In this document: piece after piece, positions 9,404 through 18,204 of the stretch
Position numbering within the stretch: the first letter of the stretch is position 1
Layout of the letters: the number at the start of each line of letters is the position of its first letter
Assembly: GCA_031366785.1 (NCBI GenBank)
Contig: JANLOW010000059.1
Span: forward strand, 1 to 55,833
Reading direction: 5' to 3'
Length of the DNA stretch: 55,833 bases
From: Bacteroidota bacterium
GTDB taxonomy: Bacteria > Bacteroidota > Bacteroidia > AKYH767-A > 2013-40CM-41-45
The notes under the pieces: model-generated
The model's input: only the letters and a program-made list of their open reading frames with translations
Told to the model about the DNA's origin: nothing
The model's database searches: none
Made by a program: the position numbers and the translations under genes

Positions 9404-9445
9404 TCAAAAAAGGAGATCTAAATGCACTAGCATTTAGATCTCCTC
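9404..9445 (-). terminator. Rho-independent terminator after rpsU
   Basis: A perfect 15-bp stem AGGAGATCTAAATGC/GCATTTAGATCTCCT with a 4-nt loop, followed on the minus strand by a T-run (plus-strand AAAAAA at 9406-9411). Confidence 0.6.
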
Positions 9446-9514
9446 ATTAATTTTTTTTTCTTGCCAACATTATAACCTAAAGGTTCAATGCTAGTAAAGA
9501 TACAGATAAAATAA

Positions 9515-9709
9515 TTAAAGTATGCTGTTACGAATCATCCAGTCTTTATACTTAGCATGGATAATTTCCTGACGACGCTCTACAGATGGTTTTTCAAACG
9601 CTTGGCGACGACGAAGTTCACGTACAACACCTGTACGTTCGAATTTCTTTTTAAATTTCTTTAACGCTTTGTCGATTGACTCGTTTTCTTTGATTGGTAC
9701 AATAATCAT
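9515..9709 (-). CDS. rpsU: 30S ribosomal protein S21
   Basis: 64 aa and highly basic. MIIVPIKENESIDKALKKFKKKFERTGVVRELRRRQAFEKPS matches the S21 signature. Confidence 0.9.
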   Translation of the reverse strand: MIIVPIKENESIDKALKKFKKKFERTGVVRELRRRQAFEKPSVERRQEIIHAKYKDWMIRNSIL

Positions 9710-9733
9710 ATTAATATTTTCATTTTAGATTTG

Positions 9734-9764
9734 CAAAAGTAGGCTTTTCTTCCATATTTACAAA
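9734..9764 (-). promoter_or_regulatory. rpsU promoter candidate
   Basis: The minus strand reads TTTG-N19-TACTTTTG, an exact fit to the Bacteroidota -33/-7 consensus. It lies about 24 nt upstream of the rpsU ATG. Confidence 0.5.
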
Positions 9765-10904
9765 TCATTTTAAAATTTCTCTTGAAATAACAAGCTTTTG
9801 AATTTCGCTGGTGCCTTCGCCGATTGTACAAAGTTTAGAATCGCGATAAAATTTTTCTACCGGAAAATCCTTTGTATACCCATAACCCCCGAAAATCTGA
9901 ACTGCATCTGTAGAAACCTGAACACATGTTTCTGAGGCATAATATTTGGCAAAAGCACTTTCTTTCGTGCATTTTAACCCCTTATTTTTTAAATCAGCGG
10001 CTTGTAAAATGAGCAATTCAGAAGCTTCAATTTTAGTAGCCATATCGGCGATTTTGAAAGAAATTGCCTGAAATTCCGAAATTGGCTTTCCGAATTGTTG
10101 CCTTTCTTTCGAATATTTCACTGCTGCTTCGTAGGCGCCACGGGCTATGCCTAATGACAAAGCAGCAATTGAAATCCGCCCTCCATCCAACACTTTCATT
10201 GCTTGACGAAAGCCATCACCAATATTTCCGATTATTTGGCTTTTATGAACCTGACAATCTTCAAATATTATCTCTGCAGTTTCTGAGGCGCGCATTCCTA
10301 ATTTATTCTCCTTTTTACCGCCGCGAAAACCTTTAGTACCTTTTTCAACAATAAAAGCAGTAATCCCATTTGTATCAAGTGATTCACCTGTTCGAACGAG
10401 AACTACAGTAACGTCTCCGCTAATGCCATGAGTAATCCAGTTTTTGGTTCCATTAATTACCCAATAGTCTCCATCTTGCTTTGCTACACATCTCATTCGC
10501 ATGGCATCACTTCCTGTATTCGCTTCTGTTAATCCCCAGGCTCCTATCCATTCTCCTGTTGCAAGTTTTGGTAAATACTTTTTCTTTTGTTCTTCGTTTC
10601 CAAATTGCATAATATGACCGGTGCAAAGCGAATTGTGAGCCGCCATGGAAAGTCCGATTGAACCGCAAACTTTTGATATTTCTACAATAGCAGTAACATA
10701 TTCAAAATATCCTAAACCCGCTCCGCTATATTCGGTAGGTACAAGTAAGCCCATTAATCCGAGTTCTCCCATTTTTCTACAAAGATCAACAGGAAATATC
10801 TGTGCTTCGTCCCATATCATCATTTCAGGACGAATATGAGTAGCCGCAAATCTACGTACAGTTTCAGCAATCATTTTCTGATTTTCAGAGATTGAAAAAT
10901 CCAT
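9765..10904 (-). CDS. Acyl-CoA dehydrogenase (short/branched-chain type)
   Basis: ACAD motifs GLTEANTGSDA and a C-terminal GEGTSEIQ containing the catalytic Glu. The start at 10904 (MDFSISENQ...) gives the usual 379 aa. An upstream in-frame ATG at 10967 is also possible. Confidence 0.9.
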   Translation of the reverse strand: MDFSISENQKMIAETVRRFAATHIRPEMMIWDEAQIFPVDLCRKMGELGLMGLLVPTEYSGAGLGYFEYVTAIVEISKVCGSIGLSMAAHNSLCTGHIMQFGNEEQKKKYLPKLATGEWIGAWGLTEANTGSDAMRMRCVAKQDGDYWVINGTKNWITHGISGDVTVVLVRTGESLDTNGITAFIVEKGTKGFRGGKKENKLGMRASETAEIIFEDCQVHKSQIIGNIGDGFRQAMKVLDGGRISIAALSLGIARGAYEAAVKYSKERQQFGKPISEFQAISFKIADMATKIEASELLILQAADLKNKGLKCTKESAFAKYYASETCVQVSTDAVQIFGGYGYTKDFPVEKFYRDSKLCTIGEGTSEIQKLVISREILK

Positions 10905-10981
10905 CTTTGAATTAGTCAATGGTTTATTTTCAACTGAACCTTCGAGCGAAGTTTGATTTCCATTCATATTGTAAGATTTAC

Positions 10982-11881
10982 TTAATCAAGCTTTAAATAG
11001 GGTACAAGTTTAAGAAAGTTTTCCTCAGTTATCAATGGCAATTGCTTAAGTTCTTCAATTGAATTAAAAGATTGATGTTGTTTTCTGTAATTACAAATTA
11101 AACCGGCAAGTTTACCTTTGATATAAGGGTGAGAAGCAAGAATGCCGAATGTATCCGTATTCAGATGAATGAAACGGATAGGAATTTTGTTTTTTATACC
11201 TATAGAAGGAATTAGCGATTGAAACAATGAATCGTTAATCCCCCAGACTTCTTTAATTTGTTCTGTTGAATAAAAACCACCCAGCTTTTCTCTGAATTTT
11301 ATTATCCGGGAAGCGAGAACGGGACCTATGCCTTTTAGCTTTATTAAAATGACTGAGTCAGCAATATCTAAATTAACAAATTCGGAATCATACGTTTTTT
11401 TAATTTGTTGCCGGGAAGCAAAATGAATACTGTCGGGAAGCAAAATGTATGATTCTAATTCAAGGTATTTATTGTTTGAAATACAATACATTCTTTTGAA
11501 ATCATTTTTGATTCTAAATTTTCCGCCGTGATTAATATAGTTTTTAATAACTTTAATTTGTTTTTCACTTATGCCTAATTGAAGCCATAAAGAATCAGGC
11601 AAACTATTTGGATTAAAATTAAAATATGATATTGGGTTAATTACTGAATCTATCTTATTTGATACAAAAACGCTTTCTGAATCATGCTTGTTTAATAATT
11701 CAAGCAGCGATGAAATAATTTTTTTATCGGGCAGCGCCAATGGCTTTGTCAAATTCCTTTGATAGAAAAGAAATAGTATTTGAATTATTAAAATACACGC
11801 AAGAAAAAAAGCACCGCGACGTTCTCTTGCTGAAAAATTAAAGTATTCCTTCCAGGAAGATTTGATTTTCTTCTTCTTCAT
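10982..11881 (-). CDS. Helix-hairpin-helix (ComEA-like) membrane-anchored DNA-binding protein
   Basis: N-terminal TM segment (GAFFLACILIIQILFLF). Two HhH-type motifs, the first being LIKLKGIGPVLASRIIKFREKLGGF with a second C-terminal copy. Confidence 0.65.
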   Translation of the reverse strand: MKKKKIKSSWKEYFNFSARERRGAFFLACILIIQILFLFYQRNLTKPLALPDKKIISSLLELLNKHDSESVFVSNKIDSVINPISYFNFNPNSLPDSLWLQLGISEKQIKVIKNYINHGGKFRIKNDFKRMYCISNNKYLELESYILLPDSIHFASRQQIKKTYDSEFVNLDIADSVILIKLKGIGPVLASRIIKFREKLGGFYSTEQIKEVWGINDSLFQSLIPSIGIKNKIPIRFIHLNTDTFGILASHPYIKGKLAGLICNYRKQHQSFNSIEELKQLPLITEENFLKLVPYLKLD

Positions 11882-11910
11882 TTTGAAGCGTAATTAACAC
11901 TTCAAAAAAA

Positions 11911-12834
11911 TCATTTTGATTCATTACCTGCAACCAATTCAAGCTGGTTTTTAATATAGGATAATCCTTCATAAAAGGAATGTGGATGAAAATCGAGTTC
12001 TTTAACAGCCTTATCAATTATAAATCCAGTAATTGGCGGTCGTTTAGCCGGCTGCTTTAGATCGGCTGAGCTTATTGGTTTTATAAAAGAACGGTCAAGT
12101 TTAAAAAAGTCGGCAACTATTTCAGCAATATCAAGAATATTCATTACTTCTCTTCCTGAAACATGATAGATACCAACGGCCTCCTTTAAAGCAGCAGAAA
12201 TGCATGCATTGGCAAGGTCTTCAGCAAGAGTTGGAGAGCGAAACTGATCATTAATAACTGTTATAGATTTTTTATTTTTCAAAGAATTGATAACCCAAAG
12301 TACAATATTGGATCTGCTATTATCATCAACAACACCATAAATAATAATTGTTCGAAGAATAGCCCATTTCAATCCGCTTTTTTCAATTTTCTTTTCGGCT
12401 TCATATTTTGTAAGCGCATAATAACTTAAAGGGTCAACTTCATCACTTTCTACATAAGGTCCGGCAAGTCCGTTAAAAACAAAATCGGTAGAAAGTTGAA
12501 TTAAATGTGTATTAAATTTACGGCAGCATTCGATAATGTATTCTACTGTATTTACATTCTGGAGCCAGGCTTCTTCTTTTTTTGTTTCGCATGCATCAAC
12601 ATTTGTCATTGCAGCTGTATTAATGATTGCGTCCGGCGAATATTTTTCAAAAATTCTAAAAAGTTCTTTTTGATTTGTCAAATCAAGAGATTCATAAATA
12701 TATCCATCTTTGGCTTTCATCCGGTTTTCGCCTCTCGAAGTGCTAATACATCGAATGTCCTTTCGATTCCTTAATGCATAAATAATTTTCTGCCCGAGCA
12801 AGCCATTACTGCCCGTTACAAGTATCGTTTTCAT
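11911..12834 (-). CDS. NAD(P)-dependent SDR, dTDP-4-dehydrorhamnose reductase (RmlD)-like
   Basis: VTGSNGLLGQ Rossmann motif, a YALTKYEAE catalytic Tyr-x3-Lys, and an RmlD-like length of 307 aa. Confidence 0.7.
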   Translation of the reverse strand: MKTILVTGSNGLLGQKIIYALRNRKDIRCISTSRGENRMKAKDGYIYESLDLTNQKELFRIFEKYSPDAIINTAAMTNVDACETKKEEAWLQNVNTVEYIIECCRKFNTHLIQLSTDFVFNGLAGPYVESDEVDPLSYYALTKYEAEKKIEKSGLKWAILRTIIIYGVVDDNSRSNIVLWVINSLKNKKSITVINDQFRSPTLAEDLANACISAALKEAVGIYHVSGREVMNILDIAEIVADFFKLDRSFIKPISSADLKQPAKRPPITGFIIDKAVKELDFHPHSFYEGLSYIKNQLELVAGNESK

Positions 12835-12840
12835 AAAAAC

Positions 12841-13860
12841 TCAATTTAGAATTTCTTTAAACCGCATAACTTGTTCAGAGGTGCCGAGGACGAATAATTT
12901 GGCATCTTGCATCATAATAGTCTCGGGGGGAGGATTGATTACATATTCTCCTTCAGCCGTTTTAAAACCAATGATATTTGCACCGGTTTTGTTTCTGATT
13001 TCTAGTTCGCGAATAGATTTATTTCTCATACTTTCAGGAAGACTGCTGTATAAAATTTCTTCCAGGCGAATATTAATTCTTCCTGTAATATGATCGATGA
13101 ATTCTAAAACATCAGGTTTTGTAACCAAAGCAGCCATATGGGTTCCTCCAATTTTATCCGGCATGATTACATTATTTGCTCCAGCTCTTTTTAATTTATG
13201 TTCGGAAGCGTCATCAGAAGCACGGCTGATTATTTTTAAAGTAGGGTTTTTATCGCGGGCAGTAAGAACGACAAAAACATTAGCAGCATCACTTGGTAAA
13301 GCGGTAATGAGAGCCTTTGCTCTTTCCAAACCTGCTTCAGCAAGTACATCATCATTAGTTGCATCTCCTTCGATAAACAAGATATTTCCATCAGCCCTCA
13401 TGCTATTAATAATATCAGGATTACTTTCTATAGCAACATATACTTCATTACCGGAGCTCAATTGTTCACATGCCTGCCTTCCGTTTCGGCCATAGCCACA
13501 AACGATGACGTGATTTTTTAGTTTTTGGATTTCTTTATTCACCTTATAATGTTTAAAATAAGTTTGAAATTCTCCTTCTATAATATAACGAGTAATAACT
13601 GAAATGGCATATGTAAAGGTTCCAATACTGAATATAATCAAAAAAGACGTAAATATTTTTCCGGATGCATCGAGTTCATTAACTTCTCTATAGCCAACGG
13701 TAGCAACGGTAATTACAGTCATAAAAAACGCATCCAGAAAAGAAAAGTCTTCTAAAAAATAATATCCAGTAACTCCTATTAGCATAACAATCAACATAAG
13801 GCCGATTGCTATATATAGCTTTTTAAAATAAGTAAGGTTTGTATATAGTTTTGATTTCAT
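12841..13860 (-). CDS. 2-TM pore-loop cation channel with RCK (TrkA-N/TrkA-C) domains, MthK-like, with an atypical filter
   Basis: Two TM helices flank a pore loop TVATVGYRE. This is followed by a Rossmann-type VIVCGYGRNGRQ (TrkA-N) and a C-terminal TrkA-C-like domain. Confidence 0.8.
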   Translation of the reverse strand: MKSKLYTNLTYFKKLYIAIGLMLIVMLIGVTGYYFLEDFSFLDAFFMTVITVATVGYREVNELDASGKIFTSFLIIFSIGTFTYAISVITRYIIEGEFQTYFKHYKVNKEIQKLKNHVIVCGYGRNGRQACEQLSSGNEVYVAIESNPDIINSMRADGNILFIEGDATNDDVLAEAGLERAKALITALPSDAANVFVVLTARDKNPTLKIISRASDDASEHKLKRAGANNVIMPDKIGGTHMAALVTKPDVLEFIDHITGRINIRLEEILYSSLPESMRNKSIRELEIRNKTGANIIGFKTAEGEYVINPPPETIMMQDAKLFVLGTSEQVMRFKEILN

Positions 13861-13951
13861 TCTTCTGTTTTCAAAAATAAAATGAAAAAGCCGATGAAAT
13901 ACAAATAATAAAATTATTTGTCAGGTATTATTTTAAACTATTGAACGTTTA

Positions 13952-14179
13952 TTAAAGATCCCAAACAGAAGTCCGGCGTGCACGAACGTAATTTTTCATT
14001 TTCAGCCAAAATGCCAGAATCAAATAAATAATCAATGGTGAGCCGACGGTTAAAAAAGATGCATAAATAAAAAAAAGTCTGATCACAGATGTCTGCATAT
14101 GTAAAAAATTACCAAGCCAGGAACAAACACCAAATGCTTGTCTTTCAAAAAAATCCCTAATAGCTATTATTATATTCAT
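13952..14179 (-). CDS. PspC-domain membrane protein
   Basis: 75 aa. FGVCSWLGNFLHMQTSVIRLFFIYASF followed by a TM helix resembles the PspC N-terminal domain. Confidence 0.6.
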   Translation of the reverse strand: MNIIIAIRDFFERQAFGVCSWLGNFLHMQTSVIRLFFIYASFLTVGSPLIIYLILAFWLKMKNYVRARRTSVWDL

Positions 14180-14440
14180 TACAAATAATATTAAATTTAC
14201 TTTTCAATTTAAAGGTAATGAAAAAAAAACCTAATAATCAAAGGCTTTTCAATGGGTTTTTATTTCCAACAGCCACAATATAAGAAGGAAACCTGAGTTA
14301 TTAACTTAAATACTATTTTGATTATGAACAGATTTATGTTTTTTCAAAACAACTTTTACTCTATTAAAACATATAATCATTTGTAAATTTATTCATCCGA
14401 ATTTTATTTTTATCGTTTTACCAAAATTAATTTCCATTGG

Positions 14441-15718
14441 TCAAGGAAGCACATTAATTAAAGAATTTCCGATACTACAGGTTAAGCATTTCTTTTCGGA
14501 ACAATGCACAATTTTTAGTTGAATTAACGCTTGTGAATCATAAGCTGAATGAGCTCCTACACCAACTTCTCCCCAGCGTTTTATAAGGTAATTGTCCTCC
14601 ACAGGCAGCTGATTCAAGAAGCTGATTGCTATTTCGGTTAATTGGCTATTCCCAACATATTTTCCCCATGCATAAATAAAAGGAATACAAGTATTAATGA
14701 GTATATTATTAATTGAAAAAATTCCAAGATTTTTATTTTTAAAAGGTGAAACTTTGTTGAAATGATAATGTGTGTTCCAATATTCCGAAGCTTCAACTAC
14801 AAGGGAAGCAGTGACTTTTTTTAATGATTTAGCATCCGTCAAATCACTAAAAAGAGCCGGACAATTCTTTAACAAAGCTGCAAATTGAGCCAGCCTTAAA
14901 GCAGGAAAATTAACTGGTCTCAATCGTAATAATTTCCAGCATGAAAAAGGTATATTTTTTAAAGAATATTTTTTAGATAAGTGTGAATATATTTCCTGAA
15001 GTTTTTTTGGATATTCTTCATTGAAATTTCCTGTTAACATTCCTGCTTGTCCAAATAATAGTGCTTCAATGTCAATAAGATGATCTCTTTCTTTTTTAAT
15101 ATATTTTAAAGGAAGACTCCTGGCAAGCATTTCAAAAGGCATAGCATTTAATTGAAATCCAAAATTTTTAGCCAGGTATTGATAAAAACATTCTTCCCAG
15201 TCTTCTTTATTTCCTTCAAGTGAAATAAAAATCTGTTGAGCCCTCTGTTCTAATCTCTCATTTATCATCTTCTCTTTAGTAATCTTCCATGTACTTTCAT
15301 CCGTTTCATTTATTCGTGGCTGACAAGAAACCCAGCCTTTTGATCCAATCAAATGGAGGTAATTATCCCATAGATAAGATGGATATTTTTTTTTTAGTTC
15401 AATGGATGGAATTCGAGTACCATTCATTCGTAAAGTATTTGCATCATTTTCATTTACAACATGTAAAATACAGCTATCATACGAAGGATCTTTTTGATGA
15501 TTATGTCTTTGCCAGTCTGATGCATGAATATGTATTTCAACATTTCCAGCCCATAAAGTACCGTCGATTCTTATTTGAGCATTAAAAAAATCCGGTCCTG
15601 CCCCGGTATTGTACATCCCCGGCCGCACAACTTCTATCATTGAACCATCATCTGTACGAAGATTGTTCGCATCGAAGAGACGGTATTGCCAAATATAATG
15701 GAGAAAAGCTTCTGTCAT
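14441..15718 (-). CDS. DUF2851-family protein
   Basis: The N-terminus MTEAFLHYIWQYRLF and a His-rich block (VEIHIHASDWQRHNH) are as I remember for DUF2851. 425 aa. Confidence 0.7.
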   Translation of the reverse strand: MTEAFLHYIWQYRLFDANNLRTDDGSMIEVVRPGMYNTGAGPDFFNAQIRIDGTLWAGNVEIHIHASDWQRHNHQKDPSYDSCILHVVNENDANTLRMNGTRIPSIELKKKYPSYLWDNYLHLIGSKGWVSCQPRINETDESTWKITKEKMINERLEQRAQQIFISLEGNKEDWEECFYQYLAKNFGFQLNAMPFEMLARSLPLKYIKKERDHLIDIEALLFGQAGMLTGNFNEEYPKKLQEIYSHLSKKYSLKNIPFSCWKLLRLRPVNFPALRLAQFAALLKNCPALFSDLTDAKSLKKVTASLVVEASEYWNTHYHFNKVSPFKNKNLGIFSINNILINTCIPFIYAWGKYVGNSQLTEIAISFLNQLPVEDNYLIKRWGEVGVGAHSAYDSQALIQLKIVHCSEKKCLTCSIGNSLINVLP

Positions 15719-15768
15719 TTTGAGAAATTTTCCTCAAAGTAACAGCAGCTATTAGAAAAACCGGTTTA

Positions 15769-16599
15769 TTAAATTAGACTTTCTAACAGTCTGCTCATTT
15801 CTCCCTGAACTTTTTTTGCTTCTTCAGCAGCACAATCAGCAAAATCTTCTCCGGAAGAAGCATAAATAATTTGACGGGATGAATTAACAATTAGACCGCA
15901 TTTGGAATTAAAACCGGATTTTGAAATTTCCTGAAGACTCCCGCCTTGAGCACCGATGCCGGGGACGAGAAAAAAGTTATTTGGTGCAAGGAGTCGAATA
16001 TCACGAAAGAGTTCAGGATGTGTAGCACCAACAACAAACATTAGCTGTTCTTCATTCCCCCATTTTTGTGCATGTTGAATAACATATTGATAAAGTTTGA
16101 GTTCCCGTTTTGATCCCGGAAAGCAAACTTCGGAAAGTTGAAAATCCATGGATCCGGCATTACTCGTTAATGCCAAAAGTATTACCCATTTTTCTTTAAA
16201 GCCCAAAAAAGGTAAAACAGAATCTTTACCCATATACGGTGTTACAGTAAGTGCATCGAAATTATAATATTCAAAAAAGGATTTTGCATACATCTGAGAA
16301 GTGTTCCCAATATCAGCTCTTTTCGCATCTGCGATAGTAAAAATTTCTTTCGGTATCTGAGTCAATGTTTTCTCCAAACTAATTAGTCCCGTTGGACCTG
16401 TAGATTCATAAAACGCCAGATTTGGCTTGTATGCGATACAGAATTCCTTAGTAGCGTCAATAATCTGTCTGTTAAATTCGAAGACAGGATCATCGTATTT
16501 AAGAAGATGAACCGGAATCTTACTTATGTCGGTATCGAGACCAATACATAAGTAGGACTTTTTCTTTTTGATTTGTTCGAAAAGTTGTTTGCTCGTCAT
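15769..16599 (-). CDS. pyrF: Orotidine-5'-phosphate decarboxylase (type 2)
   Basis: LCIGLDTD, the ADAKRADIGNT catalytic Lys/Asp motif, and a C-terminal PGIGAQGG phosphate-binding loop. Confidence 0.85.
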   Translation of the reverse strand: MTSKQLFEQIKKKKSYLCIGLDTDISKIPVHLLKYDDPVFEFNRQIIDATKEFCIAYKPNLAFYESTGPTGLISLEKTLTQIPKEIFTIADAKRADIGNTSQMYAKSFFEYYNFDALTVTPYMGKDSVLPFLGFKEKWVILLALTSNAGSMDFQLSEVCFPGSKRELKLYQYVIQHAQKWGNEEQLMFVVGATHPELFRDIRLLAPNNFFLVPGIGAQGGSLQEISKSGFNSKCGLIVNSSRQIIYASSGEDFADCAAEEAKKVQGEMSRLLESLI

Positions 16600-16751
16600 T
16601 TCACGAAATTACCAATTGTAATCTTAATTTGTTTTAATTTGATGTAAGGAATATGAACAGATGAGAAAAGATTCAAAATACGAAATTGGTTATTAGGTTT
16701 TGAAATTCAAATAGTATAAACTTGTCAATTGCAGGCTTAAAAAAATATATT

Positions 16752-18137
16752 ATGGCAGAAAATAATATTGAAAAAAAACTTTCTCTTTTTGACTCTACAG
16801 CAATAATTATAGGTTCTATGATTGGCTCAGGAATCTTCATTGTTTCAGCCGAGATTGCTCGTAAAGTTGAAACCCCCGGAATGCTTTTACTTGCATGGGT
16901 AATTACCGGAGTTATAACAATATTTGGGGCCTTGAGCTATGGTGAATTGGCAGCTGCAATGCCAAAAGCGGGTGGACAATATATTTATATTAAAGAAGCC
17001 TTCGGTCCATTATATAGTTTTCTTTATGGCTGGACATTATTTGCTGTAATTCAAACAGGAACAATTGCAGCCGTTGCAGTAGCTTTTGCAAAATTTACAG
17101 GTGTGTTCTTCCCTGCAATTTCAGGAAATAATCATGTTTTCGAAATCGGGCAATTTGCTATTAGTACGCAACAAGTCTTGGCAATCATGTTGATTATTTT
17201 TCTAAGCCTCTACAATTTCAGAGGTGTAAAAGCAGGGGCTTTACTTCAAAATATTTTTACTGTATCAAAAGTACTTGCACTTCTTTTATTAATCATTTTA
17301 GGAATTTATTTTGGTATGCATAGCATCAATGGACTGGCCAATTTTAAACCCGCATTTCCTGATGTAATCACTCTTACAACGATTGGAGTTTTTGGTGCGG
17401 CAATGACAGGCTCTCTGTTTTCAGCAGATGCATGGAATAATATCACTTTTACAGCAGGAGAAGTAAAAAATCCAAAAAAAAATCTTCCTCTGTCGCTTTT
17501 CCTTGGAACAGCTACGGTTATAACTATATACTTACTTGCCAACGTTGCATACATCTATGTATTGCCAATAGAAAAAATTCAGCATGCAGAAAATGACCGC
17601 GTTGCAACGTTGTTAATGGAAACGATTCTTGGTGATAGTGGAAAATTCTTTATGGCTGCAATGATAATGATATCAACTTTTGGCTGCCTTAATGGTTGCA
17701 TATTTACAGCTGCAAGAGTATATTATGCAATGGCAAAAGACAAAATGTTTCTTAAACCTGCTGCCAAACTGAATAAAAACGGAGTGCCAGCGAATTCATT
17801 AACTATGCAATGTATTTGGGCTTGTCTACTTTGTTTCACAGGTACTTATGGCGATCTTTTGAATTATATAATGTTTGCTGTTATGCTATTCTATATTCTA
17901 ACTATATCAGGATTATTTGTTCTACGAGTTAAAAAACCTGACATGGAAAGACCCTATAAAGCGTTTGGTTATCCTGTAATTCCAGCTATCTATATTTTAC
18001 TTGCTTCTTTAGTTGCTTTAAATATGTTGATATATCAAAGTAAGTTTAGTATTTATGGATTAATAATAATTCTTACCGGCATACCAATATATTATCTCTT
18101 TAAAAAGAATGACAAAGCCGGAGATTTGAATATTTGA
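16752..18137 (+). CDS. APC-superfamily amino acid permease
   Basis: 12 TM-like segments and an N-terminal IIGSMIGSGIF motif. The ATG at 16752 (MAENNIEKK) is preferred over the TTG at 16722. Confidence 0.85.
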   Translation: MAENNIEKKLSLFDSTAIIIGSMIGSGIFIVSAEIARKVETPGMLLLAWVITGVITIFGALSYGELAAAMPKAGGQYIYIKEAFGPLYSFLYGWTLFAVIQTGTIAAVAVAFAKFTGVFFPAISGNNHVFEIGQFAISTQQVLAIMLIIFLSLYNFRGVKAGALLQNIFTVSKVLALLLLIILGIYFGMHSINGLANFKPAFPDVITLTTIGVFGAAMTGSLFSADAWNNITFTAGEVKNPKKNLPLSLFLGTATVITIYLLANVAYIYVLPIEKIQHAENDRVATLLMETILGDSGKFFMAAMIMISTFGCLNGCIFTAARVYYAMAKDKMFLKPAAKLNKNGVPANSLTMQCIWACLLCFTGTYGDLLNYIMFAVMLFYILTISGLFVLRVKKPDMERPYKAFGYPVIPAIYILLASLVALNMLIYQSKFSIYGLIIILTGIPIYYLFKKNDKAGDLNI

Positions 18138-18150
18138 AAATAAGATAAAT

Positions 18151-18181
18151 AAAAAACCCTCGTTATTAGCGAGGGTTTTTA
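18151..18181. terminator. Bidirectional rho-independent terminator between the permease (+) and gldJ (-)
   Basis: A6-CCCTCG-ttattag-CGAGGG-T5. A GC stem flanked by A and T tracts lets it work on both strands. Confidence 0.6.
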
Positions 18182-18204
18182 TTATGGAATAAAAATTAAG
18201 AATA

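Noticed and set aside
13097-13495. 132-aa ORF antisense to the K+ channel gene, plus similar nested ORFs at 4645-5097, 22760-23116, 10064-10336, 15289-15585, 52479-52891 and elsewhere
   Set aside because: All are fully embedded in, and antisense or out of frame to, long ORFs with strong family motifs. They have no start context or motifs of their own. I treat them as shadow ORFs.
14180-14440. Possible structured RNA or terminator in the 260-bp gap between the DUF2851 and PspC genes
   Set aside because: Only a weak AAACC/GGTTT pairing was found. There is no convincing hairpin with a U-run and no recognisable motif.
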